Below are positions 13,301-24,200 of a stretch of 64,000 bases of DNA, in pieces. The stretch's first letter is position 1, and each line of letters begins with the position of its first letter. Source of the stretch: Raillietiella orientalis. Taxonomy: Eukaryota. The notes beneath the pieces were generated by a model. That model did no database searches and had not been told where the DNA came from. It saw only the letters and a program-made list of their open reading frames with translations. Location: positions 3,782,001-3,846,000 of the forward strand of contig JAYWIR010000013.1 in NCBI GenBank assembly GCA_036172245.1, given 5' to 3'. The position numbers and the translations under genes were made by a program.

Positions 13301-15167
13301 GAGAGGGGCTTCCCTTCGATTTGGGACCACGGCCGCTGAGTCCTCAGCCGGACGCCCTTTGGGGCTCGCGCGCGCACATGGCAGAGGGCGGAGCGGCTCC
13401 CCGTCTCGGGCGCGCGCGTCTTTTCCTTCTCCCGTGGGTGCAGCTCGAGTGAGGAAGGGCGGAACAGGAAGAAGGGGAGGAAGGGGGACGGGACGCCGCC
13501 GCCGCCACCGCCGCCTCAGTGACCGCCGCTTCTCCGGCCGGGTCATCCTTGCGTGGTGGCGGGAGGCGTCCTGGAAGGGAGGGAGAGGGGGAAGGAGGCT
13601 GAGGGTGGTCTCCAGGCTCCAGGGCACGCACCTCTCCTTCGCTCCCATGGGGTGGGCAGGAGCCCTGCTTCGGCGTTTTCATGGCGCCCTGGTCTACTGG
13701 ACAAGGTTAGGGAGTCTCCCTCCGGCGGGTCTTCTCGCGCTTGCCGACTTCATTGGTCTGCGCGCTGCGGTGCCTCGCAAAGATCACATCTTCCCTCGCC
13801 ACCGCTTCGCTCTCCTTTCTTCTTCTTTCGCATCTCCTCTCGCAGTGACTCCACTTCTCCAAGGAGTAGATGCACTCCTGTAGGTCTCGTTTATGGCGAC
13901 TGCTCCGTCGCAGCCTCCACCTGCTTCTCATCTTTACGACCGACGACGACTTTCCACCCGAGGGAGCCGCCAGGAGAGGGGCAGGCGGTCCAGAACTCGG
14001 CTCTGAAGAGTTGAGGGGCGGCTCTGATTGGTCAGAGCCCGGGCCCAGCAGGAGATTCGAACTTCCGCAGGCCGGGCACGCGCGCGAGCAAATCCCATCG
14101 GGGAAAGAGGGGACGGAGGGGGAGGGGGGAGGAATTCTTGGGGAGGACGGACCTGAAGCCATCCATCGGATACCGGATGTTGGGGAACGATCCAGGGGTT
14201 CGCGTGAGGACAAAGTGGAGAAGCGAGCGGGGCCACCTGGATCGCTCGGGGACGAATTGGCGCAGGGTCAGCGTTCTTTCCCCCTCCCCCTCCGCAAGGT
14301 GCGTTTCCACGGAAATGGGTCCCGCCTTCTTCCGGGGACGCGTTCCTTTTGCTCCTAAGCAGGCACGAAGGACAGGTGAAGCGGAGTCGGGCACCACGAC
14401 GGCGACCTGCGATGGGAGGAGGGAAGGGAAGCGCGTCGCAGCCGACCGCGATCGCGGAAGCCTCTGGGCAGAGGTTGCGCGAGGAGCTTTCGGGGCGATC
14501 CCCTCCGGCGCACCTGTTAGCCAAAACGGAGGGGGGGGGGATAGTGCCCGAGGAGGCTTCCGGAGTCCCTGGTAACGCGCGCGTGCGGCTCCTCCTCGGC
14601 GCCGCTGAGGCGTCGAATCTGCTCCGCGGCAGGTTTTCCGGGAGGTGGGATGCAGCACGGCGAATGGCGAAGGTGCGAATCCTCCGCGCGGGGGCGCACC
14701 CTTCTACCCGGCCGTGCCGCCGCCGCGTCGTTCGGTCGGGGAGCACAGAAGTCCGGACGGAAGCCGCGGACCGCGCCGCGGACCCTCACCGGGATGGACG
14801 CAGGCGCCGCGGGGAAGCGGCTTCGGCGTCGGCCGCCTCCCTCCCCCGGTGCGACGCCGCCGGCACTCCTCGGCTGTTTACGGGCTGCGCGACAAGCGTT
14901 AAATTAGAATATCTCGGAAGCGTTGACCCGGTCGCGCGGCACGAGCCCGCTCGGGTGGCAAACAGCAATTCCGGGATCCTTAACGACACTTTAACTGTCT
15001 TCGATCCCTGCGACGGGCTCCGCTAATTGCCGACGGGCCCGAGCCGGGATCCGATCCGCGATCCGGCGCTGCGATAAAGAAGTTGGCATTTCATTTCCTC
15101 CTCAACCCGTCATTAGCGGATCCGACGCCAAGAAGATCATCCATCACAACTGGAGCGTGAACTGACG

Positions 15168-15188
15168 TGCTGCTGCTGCTGCTGCTGC
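15168..15188 (+). repeat. (TGC)7 microsatellite
   Basis: Read directly. Confidence 0.9.
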
Positions 15189-16099
15189 GGTGCCGGCGTG
15201 TCAAGCCGGCCGTGATGCTTTCGGCTCCGATGTCCCCCCCTTGTTCGACCGCCTGACCCGTGCGCCCGGCCACCCTCTCCTCTTCCCACGAGCCTCTTCC
15301 CTCCTCCCCTCTCCCCCTCCTCGCGACGGAGGACTCCGTGTCGGCGCTCTCCGCGGGTGAATTCGTTACCCAGGCGCGCGCATGCGTGCCACGGCCGGAG
15401 GGGGAGGAAGGTCGCGTGGGAGCGGGCGCTCGGCAGACGGACCGTGCGCTCCCAAGACAGGAGGAAAAAAAAAAGTAAAGTGGGTAGGGTGAAGTGGGGG
15501 TGGGAGGAGGAAAAAGGAAGGGGGGTGGTTTCGCAGCTGCATGCGCTTCGGACAGGCGGATGGATCGCCGACCGATGGCGCGAGCGGACCGGAGAACGCC
15601 GCTAGGATACGCTCTCGAGCGGGAGGAGGCTGGGGAAGTGCTCCCAGCAAGCATCCTGGCATCTCTGTGGAGCGGCTGCAGCGGCGAGCGCCGAAGACTG
15701 AATCGGCGGAGGGCAGCATGGGGCAAGCCGCGGTCGAGACCAGTCCATCCTCAGGAGGCTGCGCGCGTGCGCAGTGCGGTGACTCCCTCGGACGGCGGCT
15801 GGAAGAGCTGTGCAGAATGCAGACTTCCTCTCCGCGCGGTTCGGCGGGACGTTTTCCTTCCCTTCGCGACCGTTTCCTAGGGGACAGGCGACGCTGCAAC
15901 AAACGCGTCGATCGATTGGGGGAGGTAGGGGGGTGGGGATACGGAGCTCCCTTCCCCCCCTCCAGCTGCCGCCGCCTCTTCGGAACTTTTCTCTCCCGTG
16001 CAAGGGGAGCGGGAAAAGCGCACCAGCAGCAGCTCCGTCGGGACCTTCTGCTCTGCAGCCCCCATGCACCTGCGCCCTCTTCCCGTGTTTACCCGCCGT

Positions 16100-17660
16100 C
16101 GCTACTGGCGACTTCTCGCTGGGGAAACAGAGGTCCCGTGCTCGTTTCTCTCGGTTACCAAACACCTGTGGCCAAAGGTACGCGACGCGGATCCTGCCGA
16201 GCGCGTTGCCTTCGATGCGATATTGCAATGATTATCCTCTTATCTCGTTGCGCCGGTTACCTAGGTTATCTCGTTTCCTCAGTTACCCTGCCACTCTTGA
16301 TACGGGTACGAGCGATCAGTCCAAGTGGGCGCTGCCACGGAGGCCAATGGAGGCGGCTAACGGTCCATCCGATGGACGTCGAGCAGCGAAAAGAGCTCCC
16401 TGGCAGATCGGCAGGTTCCTTCCTGTTGGATGACGGTGAAGGGCGCCGCCTTGAGAAGGACGATGGAGAGGGAAAGGCCGAGAATCCATAGAGAGTGCCC
16501 CATTGCCTTTTCCGCAGCTCTCCCCAGAGCTCCCTGGAGAAGCCGATTAGCGCAGAGTTAGCCGGTTCCTCCGGTGGCGTCGTCGCCGTCGGCGCACTCG
16601 GTCACCTGACCCTCCAGCGCCGTCTTTTCACCTCCACTCTTTGCCCGGAACAGGCGCAGCGCTTGCTGCACTGCTTTTACAGCAACTGCTCGCTCCGGGA
16701 GATGCTGGAAGGTCCCCTGAACAGTGCGTGGGCAAGAAGGACCTCCCTCGCCGCAGAGATGCCCTCCCCCAGGAAACACATGGGCGGCAGCCTTGCGGCT
16801 CGGTGGGAGGTTAGCGTGAGCACCTCCGGAAGAAAGGACTGGGCGAGTGGGCGACGGGACAGCTCCCGGAAACTGCGACCTCAAGTGCCCACCCAGAAGG
16901 ACTTTTGCTCTGGGGCGAGCTACTGGGAATTCCGGTGAAAGATCTGCCGTGTCCCCCAGCGCTTTCGGACGGAGGCGCCCTCCCCTTGAAGTCTCAGGAA
17001 TGGGCGCTGCTGCTGTTGCACTGGGGCCTCCCGTGGAATGCCCGCACTGGACACACTGGCATCACTGGACACGGGGTTGCGCGTGGACACCAATTGTGCG
17101 CGAATCGCTCCCGCACCCGCTTGTTGGCTGTGTCGCTCTCCGGCCCCTCCGGGAACTCTTTTTCCGCGGCCCTAGGAACCCCTGGAGGCAACTCAAGGGA
17201 TCCTTTACGACCCCTCTTCCTAGGCGACGCCCTTCGGCCGGCAGGCTCGTTAGCAGTCCGCTGTGCTGCCTACGCGGGATCGCCGCTGCCTGGAGGAACG
17301 CAAGAGGAGCGCACAGCGACAGGGATGCCGTCCACTTTGCCGCCCGATCCACGAGGATGGCAACGAGGTGGTCCCACTCGGACAGCCGCATCCAGCAAGA
17401 GCTTGCCCCGGCATCCTACAGAGGATCCCTTCCCTCACGCTCCCGAAGTTCTTTTATTTCTATTTTTCGTTTCCTTTTTTTTCGTTTCGTGTGCCCCCTC
17501 TCCTCTGCTGCCGTGGCGAACCTCACCGGCATCTGCGAGCAGGCCACGCGGTAGGTTAGATGAAAAGGGGACGCGGTTGGTCCACTGGTCCAACCACAGA
17601 AATTGTAAAAATTTATTTAGCTAATAAATAAATGCCCCGGCATACCCGGGCGAGAACCCA
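16100..17660 (+). mobile_element. L1/Tx1-like LINE 3' fragment, family A, with complete 3' tail
   Basis: 'LLHWGLPWNAR' (LHxxLP), 'VRESLPHPLVGC' (ESxxHxxxxC), 'RMATRWSH', GATCCCTTCC, T-rich tract, CTGCTGCCGTGG 17505-17516, hairpin 17573-17597, AATAAA 17623-17628, CCCGG-CATAC-CCGGG 17636-17650. Confidence 0.75.
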
Positions 17661-18205
17661 CCCTTTCCTAGCTGACTCCAGGGCACCAGAGCCGCCGGAC
17701 GGGCGGTGGACTGCACCTGCCCGGCCGTGGATCCTGGAAGGGTCTCGGTGAGCTTCCAGGAGGTCCAGACTCCCCGGAAAGCTGGGAAGCCTCTCCTGTT
17801 TTCTTGTTCTCCTCGCACTCCCGCTGGCATCCCACCACGCCGCAACGGCAGCGACTTCTTCGGGCCCGTCTTCGTGCGCGTCTCACTTACCGCCGCCGCC
17901 GTCTGTGTCGGCGTCCTGGCTGTCCTTTCCCAGCGCGCAGGAGCGTGCGTTTCCCTGGCGCGCGGACGTCTCCCGGCGCCACCGCCTCAGCAGCAGTAGC
18001 AGCAGCTTCCACCGCTTCAACTCTTCGGCGGAAAAGTGAAGTTTTTCCATCCTTCGGCAAAAAGCCTCTGCCAGGGGATCCAGTTTGACCATCTGCGGCG
18101 CGGGCCGCTCGCCAAAAGTTCCTCCGTGAGAGAAGAGAGGGGGAGAGTCCCCCCACTCCTCGTCTTCGAAGGGTAGATGGTCAGGCGCCTTCGGGGCCTG
18201 ACTTC

Positions 18206-19088
18206 GTGCTCCGTTCTGTTCGGTCGGCGGACCGAGTCGCGCGTTGGCCCGGGGATCCTTTCCTCCCGGAGGCCGAGCGCGCGCTAGCCGTCGAGAGACG
18301 GGAGTCGCGCGGGGTTCCTGGAGAGTCGATGCACGCGCGCTCGGCCTCCTCGAAGGGCGGACTGCCGCCGCCGCCTCTCCCTGGAATGTTTTTCTCCTCT
18401 TCTTCTTCCTCTTCTTCGTCCCCTTCTGACCGCCTTCCATCCCCTCCCTGACTTTTCCGCCCGCCCTCCTCTCCCTCCCGCCAGCGCCGTCGTTACTCGA
18501 GGTGCGCATGCCCGCGCGGTTTCCCCTCCGCAAGACCCGATAATTGAGACATTCCTACCTGTCCGGAAGGCAGCGCCGAACCCCAAGGGTCGGACCGCTG
18601 GCAGCCGCCCCCAGTGATCGGCGCACCGTTTTCTTCCTCCCCCGCAGCCCGCGCGCTGGCTGTGCGAGGAGGGCCGCTCGTCCTCGAGTGCCGGTCGCGC
18701 CCAAGAGCGCGCGCGCGCGGGCGAGCTGCGGGGCCTGAGGTGCCGCGGGGAGACCTTCCAGGCAGACGGCGCGCACCACCTGCAGTGGGGGCGCCACACA
18801 CGCGGTTCACGGAGCGCGCGGACGCGGAGAGCCCTTTGCTGGCGTGGGCACCCGCGCGGCGGCGACCTCCCAGCCTGGGGGTCGTCCCGCGAGAGACGGG
18901 AGCTTTTCTCCGCGGAGCGCCCGCGCGAGGAAGTCGGTGGGAGTGGCCGGAAGCGAACTTCCTCCTCCTTCCCCGGGACGTTCTTCCCCGTCGATCTTTC
19001 CTCCCACTTCTTCGTGAGGTGCTCCGTTCGGTTCGGTCGGCGGCCCGAGTCGCGCGTTGGCCCGGGGATCCTTTCCTCCCGGAGGCCG
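18206..19088 (+). repeat. 70-bp direct repeat pair (18206-18275 and 19019-19088)
   Basis: GTGCTCCGTTC...GGATCCTTTCCTCCCGGAGGCCG occurs twice with 2 mismatches. Confidence 0.95.
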
Positions 19089-19533
19089 GTGGGGTCGACA
19101 GTACTCTCTCTGGTGGCGAGGGGTTCGGGGGCGCGCCACCCTCTTCCCCGTCGCCGCGCTCAGGGATCGGGAAGGCCCCGTCCCTCCGGGCGCGTCCGTC
19201 CCGCCAGGACGGACGCGCCCGGAGGGATTTCCCGCTCGCTCTCTGCTGCTCCGCGGCCTCGGGCGAGCGAGCGAGCGATGGCGGCTCCCCTCCTTTCCCC
19301 CTGCAAGGCGGAACCGGAAGTCCGCCGCCGCCGCCTCCGTGGCGAAGGGCGCCCGGACGCTTCCGCTGGATGCGCGCGCGGACGTTTGTGCTCCTCGTCT
19401 TCCCCTCCCCCTCCCCCCTTCCCGCGTGCTCAGCGTGCGTAGCGGAAGGTCCTGGAAGTGCGCAATTAGGGAGGGTAGGGAGCGGAAGAAAAGAGAGAGA
19501 CAGGGAGGGCGAGTGGAGGGGAGCCGTCGCCAT

Positions 19534-19554
19534 GACGACGACGACGACGACGAC
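19534..19554 (+). repeat. (GAC)7 microsatellite
   Basis: Read directly. Confidence 0.9.
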
Positions 19555-20499
19555 GAGGACGGCGGCGGCGACGACGGTGGCACTCCCTCCTTCAGCGAGA
19601 GGCTCTCTAGGGGGCAAGGAAGGAGGGAGAAAGGGGAGGTCGAGGGTGGCAGGCTGCGTGGCGGGAAGCGATAACTTTCGGCGCGAGAGGCGTCTCACTG
19701 AGCAGAGCGCGCGTGCGAGGCGCGAGCGCGTGCGCGCGACCCTCCTCCTCCTCCTTAGCGGCCGCGCGCGTAGTTGCCGACAGCACGCGCCGGCTGCGCG
19801 CGCGCGAGTCCTCTCCATGGCAACGCTCGTCTTCGACGCACCTCAGTCCCCTCTGAGCCTGCGGCAGGGCTCCGCGCGCGTGCGCGCGCGAGCCCCCAGG
19901 CCTAAGGGGCGCTGGGCGCCTCGGGCGCTCGTCTGGACGGCAGGGACGGCGCCTTCCCGCCAACCCTCCCCTCACAGCCATGGGGACGGAGGCAAACGAA
20001 GGAGGAGGCTGGACGGACGAGCGTAGGTGGCACGCGCGAGAGACGACGATTGGAAACGGAGCGTCCACTGGCACCCGCGCCAACTGGAGGGCGCGCGTCT
20101 CCTCTCCTCCCCTCGTTCCGCCGCCGCTGCACTTCCGCGGGCCACCTGCACAGCCTGGGTGGAGGAGCCAACAGAGCTGCTAGTGCGTCGGGAGCTCCTC
20201 CGGGATCCTGAGCGTGGGCGTGGCCGTGCGTTGCGGTGTGGGAGGGAGGCCGCTCTTTGTCAACCCGCGAGCTCCGGACGGAGGACCGGAAATCCGCACT
20301 TCGCTGCCGCCACGGGGACCCGCCGATGCCCTGCGTCGTCGCTCCGCTCACGCCGCTCCCCATCCCGGAGGACTTCCGACCTGAGGGCGGCCGGCGACCC
20401 GACTTCCCTCTCGTCACAATAGCGATGCCGACGGGACGCAGCCTCCCTGTCAGTCGCGTTCTCCATGAAGTGAAGGGAGCGAGGATCCGCTGACACGTC

Positions 20500-21250
20500 C
20501 CTGCGGCATGGGACGTTGCTCCCGGCGCCAACGGGACAGAACTCCGACGGCAGGTCACGTCCGCATGCAAGAGGCGGGATCGTTCCTCGGCGACCAGGTG
20601 GTGAGCCTTTCAGGAGCTCCCTCTTGCGGGGGCGTGTGCCCTCGGAGGATGGCTCCGAGGCGCTCCTTGGCCTCCTCCGCCTTCTGCCGAGTCGCGGAGA
20701 CGAGCGGAGCCGCCAGCTCAGCCGACCGAGAGTAAGGGATGCGGGCGCATCCAGAGAGGTCGGATGTCCGGGAAGTTTCGCCAGCGGCCTCCGACATGGC
20801 TCCCCTCCCCTGCGCAACCAAAGACACGCCCGGGATTCCCATTCCGGGACTTTTCCCACGCGATGCAGGATGGGAAACACGCCGAGCGCTGTTTCTTTTT
20901 CTTCCTGGAGATGCGCGCTCATGCTGCGACAGCCTCGTCTCCCTTTGCCCGCTTTTCCCCTATCCGTCTTTCGCCTTCCCTTCCCGGACCTGAAAGGAGA
21001 GCTTGCGCCTCCCCACTCCGCGTGGCGCGCTGCCTTCGCCGAGCAGGTCGCTCCGTCTCCGACCGGGTGGGGACGGGGATGAGGGTAAAACGCGGAGGAG
21101 AGTTTTCCTGTTCACGGGAGAGCCTGCCCTCCCTGGCGGAGGAGTTTTTTCCCCGTGACTGTGTCAAACACTGGCCTTGTTCATCCCTCAACCTCCGGTT
21201 CAGCCCATAGTGGTCCTCGGCATCTCTGCAGTCCACTGCCAGCCGCACGT
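20500..21250 (-). mobile_element. LINE ORF2 C-terminal fragment
   Basis: 'FPILHRVGKVPEWESRACLWLRRGGEPC' resembles the LHxxL...CxxC...E zinc-binding C-terminal region. Confidence 0.4.
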
Positions 21251-21299
21251 GAACTCCCGCTGGTGAAGAGCGCCTCCCTGGTTCTCCGAAGCTTCCTCT

Positions 21300-24200
21300 G
21301 CGTCATTCTCTCTCTCGCTCTTCCACCTTAGGAACCTTCTGGGTCCTTCCAGGGAGGCAAGTTCAGAGGATCTGACCCCAGTGGCGATGCATGCGTAGAA
21401 GATGGTGAAGTCTTCTTAGATGGAACCACCACCAGTGCATTTGGATAGATCAGACTCTAATTGACACTTCAGCCCCCGACCTTGCGAGGAGGCGATGAGT
21501 CCTTCGACCCTCAATTGCTCTTCCACGTACCTCGGAACTCCCCTACAGCTCTTTCTTCCGTTGGGTGCCAACAGAGCGGCCGCCTTTTCCAGCTACTTAG
21601 CACTGTCGGTGGACGGCCTTATCCCGCGGAAGAGGTCGCGGGCGCTGGTCCCCCGGGAGGGGATGCTTCTGGTACTCACGAAAGATGGCGAGTAAGCTCT
21701 CCTTTGCTCCTGTGGACGCTTCCGTATCCAAAAGCGACGGCTATTGCAACGTTCCGGACGTTATGCTCGCGCTGCTACGAGCGTTCAAGGATTTCTTCTG
21801 TGCAGCTTCCTCTTGCATCTTCATTCGAATTCGTCAGCTCCCGGAGCAGTTGCGACTTGTGTCTGGGCAGTGGTGCGAATCGATCTGTTTTTACTTATTC
21901 GTTCTGGAACAAGGGCCCCGGTGAATTTCCTGTCTTTAGAGGGCCGCACGAAGTTGCAGCCGCTGCCATTGATGTGCGAGCTGTTCCAGCGTCTCTCGTT
22001 TGAGGAGCTTCTTGTCTTCTGATGCCAGCTTCGGTGAGGGTGGTGTTTGGGACCTTGGTAGGAAAGAGTCCCAAACCAGAGAACCAGCGGATGGACGTTC
22101 CATGGATCAGCTCAAACGAGAGTGACGGGGGTAAAGTCAGCAGTGGGGCAGGTCAGCGGGTTGCTCTCGTTCGCGTATGGGAGCAACCCTTCGGCCTGAC
22201 GAGCGTGGAGTGCACTCCTGACGACTGTCACCGGTTCACAGAGTAGGGAGAAATAAAAATGTGCTATCGAGAACTACATCCGACCACCCAGGGGTGAGCT
22301 CGAACTGCTCCTTCGCTGGAATGCTGGAAGGCACAGGTTGGAGTCACCTGGGGGCAGTGATGCGATTCCGTGAACTTTAGCATCCAAGAGCTGGAGAACT
22401 GGGAACGCCTCAGGATTCTTATCCCGCGGTTTTATCTCCGACATCCTTTGGATCTCCCTCTTGCCACATTTGAGCAGGGCGTGGGGAGCAGCAGCTCCTC
22501 CTTGTGGGAGCAAACCCCCTTTTTGGATGAGCGGACAGGGTCCACACAGCAAGAAGCCGGGGCTGCTGCTTGCCTGCTGAACGGACGAGGTCAGGATCGC
22601 TGGGTCCTGGATCACAGGGGCTTGCTGGTGGCTGCCTTCGCCCGGCCTCCTTGTGCGAGAGCTCTCCTTCTCCCGGAATCTGCTCTTGCCCAGCCTGAGA
22701 TTCGACTCGGAGCACGCAGCCTGCTGTGTTCGAGGGACGGCAGGGATGTCCAGATATGCTGACTGCGGATGCAGGCGAAGGGTAATCACGTCGCACTTTT
22801 CCCGCTGGCGGACTTGGCCTTCCAAGGAACCGTTCATAGTCTCGCCATCTCCGACGGGTCTTTCGGAACTGCATAGATCAGGGTGAGTTTGGGGTTCGCG
22901 GCGACAGCCAAAGTTCCTCCCCTGTCCCGTCTTCCGTCCGAGAATCCGCCGCGATTCTTCTCAGCATCATCTGCCTGTTCCAAAGATCCTTCCTTTTTGC
23001 TCCGAAAGAAACTGCACACCTTCCTCGCGTGTGCGTGTCGCGCGCCGCTTCTCACCTCTGACGTCGCGTGTGCGAATCGGTGATTTCGATGCGATCGTTG
23101 ACGTGGCATCCCATCCAGGATGCGGAACTCCGGTTGACACTCGCCCCGAATGCTCTCCTCCACTCCGCTCCCGTAGGAGAGGAGCTAATCGTGGAACAGC
23201 CTTTGACAAACTCTCCCTGTCAGTTGTGGTCGTCCTCCAGGGCTCGGTTACTCAGAAGAGAGCTTCAGAGCTCCAGAGAACTTCCAGTCCGCATCCGGCA
23301 ACGGCCTACGCCGCTTCTCGACGCCTACGCTGGGTCGACGCTTTCTCCGTGCTCTCACGCGGACTTCACCAATATCGGTGCTTCCGAACACCGTTCTTCT
23401 CCACTCCGTGTTGTTGTTGGTGGACGTGGACGCGCCTCCAAGAGTTCTCGTAGGATTCCGTTCCACATGCATTTGAATTTTCAGGTGACATTCTTCCGAT
23501 AATCAACATCCATCCCTCTGCGTTTAAGACCCCCCAGTCTGCATGCCAACTGATCCCGAGGAAGCGTTCTCTGGCGCTCTGTCCTCAAGGGGTAGAGGGG
23601 TGAGAGACGCGTCCAGGAGGGGACGCTAGCATACAGCTGAAGGGAGAAAATTCTCTCCCTTTTCCTGTTCCCCGCATCGTGGGCTGCAGGCCGACGGTAG
23701 ACGAGAGCGCAGAAGAGCGTCTCACTTATTATCTGCGATGTGCTCCTCCGGTGGAGGACAGGAAATGGGAGCCAATCAAATTTCATGAAGCTCATGGCAT
23801 AGAGCACAAGTATGATGTCAGTTCAAGAGTGTCCGCAGCTGCGAGTCCATGTTCCTTGCGGAAGACTCTTCCATGGACCTTAGTTTTCGACCCCGGGAAA
23901 GGTCAAGGCGGTCCCAGACCGAAGACACAACAAGAGAATCGGCGCCGACTGCTCTGCGACCTCCACTCCCTGATTGCCTTCCCTTTCGTTCCCATGACAC
24001 TCCGGTGGTCTTCCTCGCATTTCTGTATCTGGGCGAATTCGCTTCTTCATGGATCAAAGTGACACGGAGCCATCTTCTAGCAGGGAGCCCGGGGGAAAGA
24101 AGCGGCGAAATTATCCTTCAGCCGTGACCATCGGAACGCAGCCTATTTGTCAACCTCCCCAGCATCGAGAAATCTCGATCCTCGGAAATGCTCTCGAAAA

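Larger units (their letters stand above)
11500..20500. promoter_or_regulatory. CpG-island-like GC-rich domain with several promoter-type motif clusters
   Basis: Very GC/CpG-rich with (CG)n runs. Motifs: CACTTCCGG (ETS) 12174-12182; CTGCGCATG (NRF1-like) 12328-12336; GTCACGTGG (E-box) 12457-12465; GGGGCGG + GATTGG + ACTTCCG 14015-14067; GCGCATGCG 15378-15386; TGCGCATGC 18503-18511; CCGGAAGT 19314-19321; CCATGGCAAC (RFX half-site) 19815-19824. Confidence 0.55.

Noticed and set aside
13707..13950. Gypsy gag-like segment 'RDLQECIYSLEKWSHCE' on the minus strand
   Set aside because: Only a short resemblance to the E..Y...L..LA..C pattern, with no other LTR-element features nearby.
17505..17600. 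Self-cleaving ribozyme or SECIS in the LINE 3' tail
   Set aside because: Hammerhead core (CUGANGA...GAAA), HDV pseudoknot and SECIS motifs are not conserved across copies by eye.
18493..20026. Long overlapping ORFs (441 aa minus, 470 aa plus) in the GC island
   Set aside because: Arg/Pro/Ala/Gly low-complexity translations open on both strands. This is expected from stop-codon scarcity at very high GC, and no domain is recognisable.
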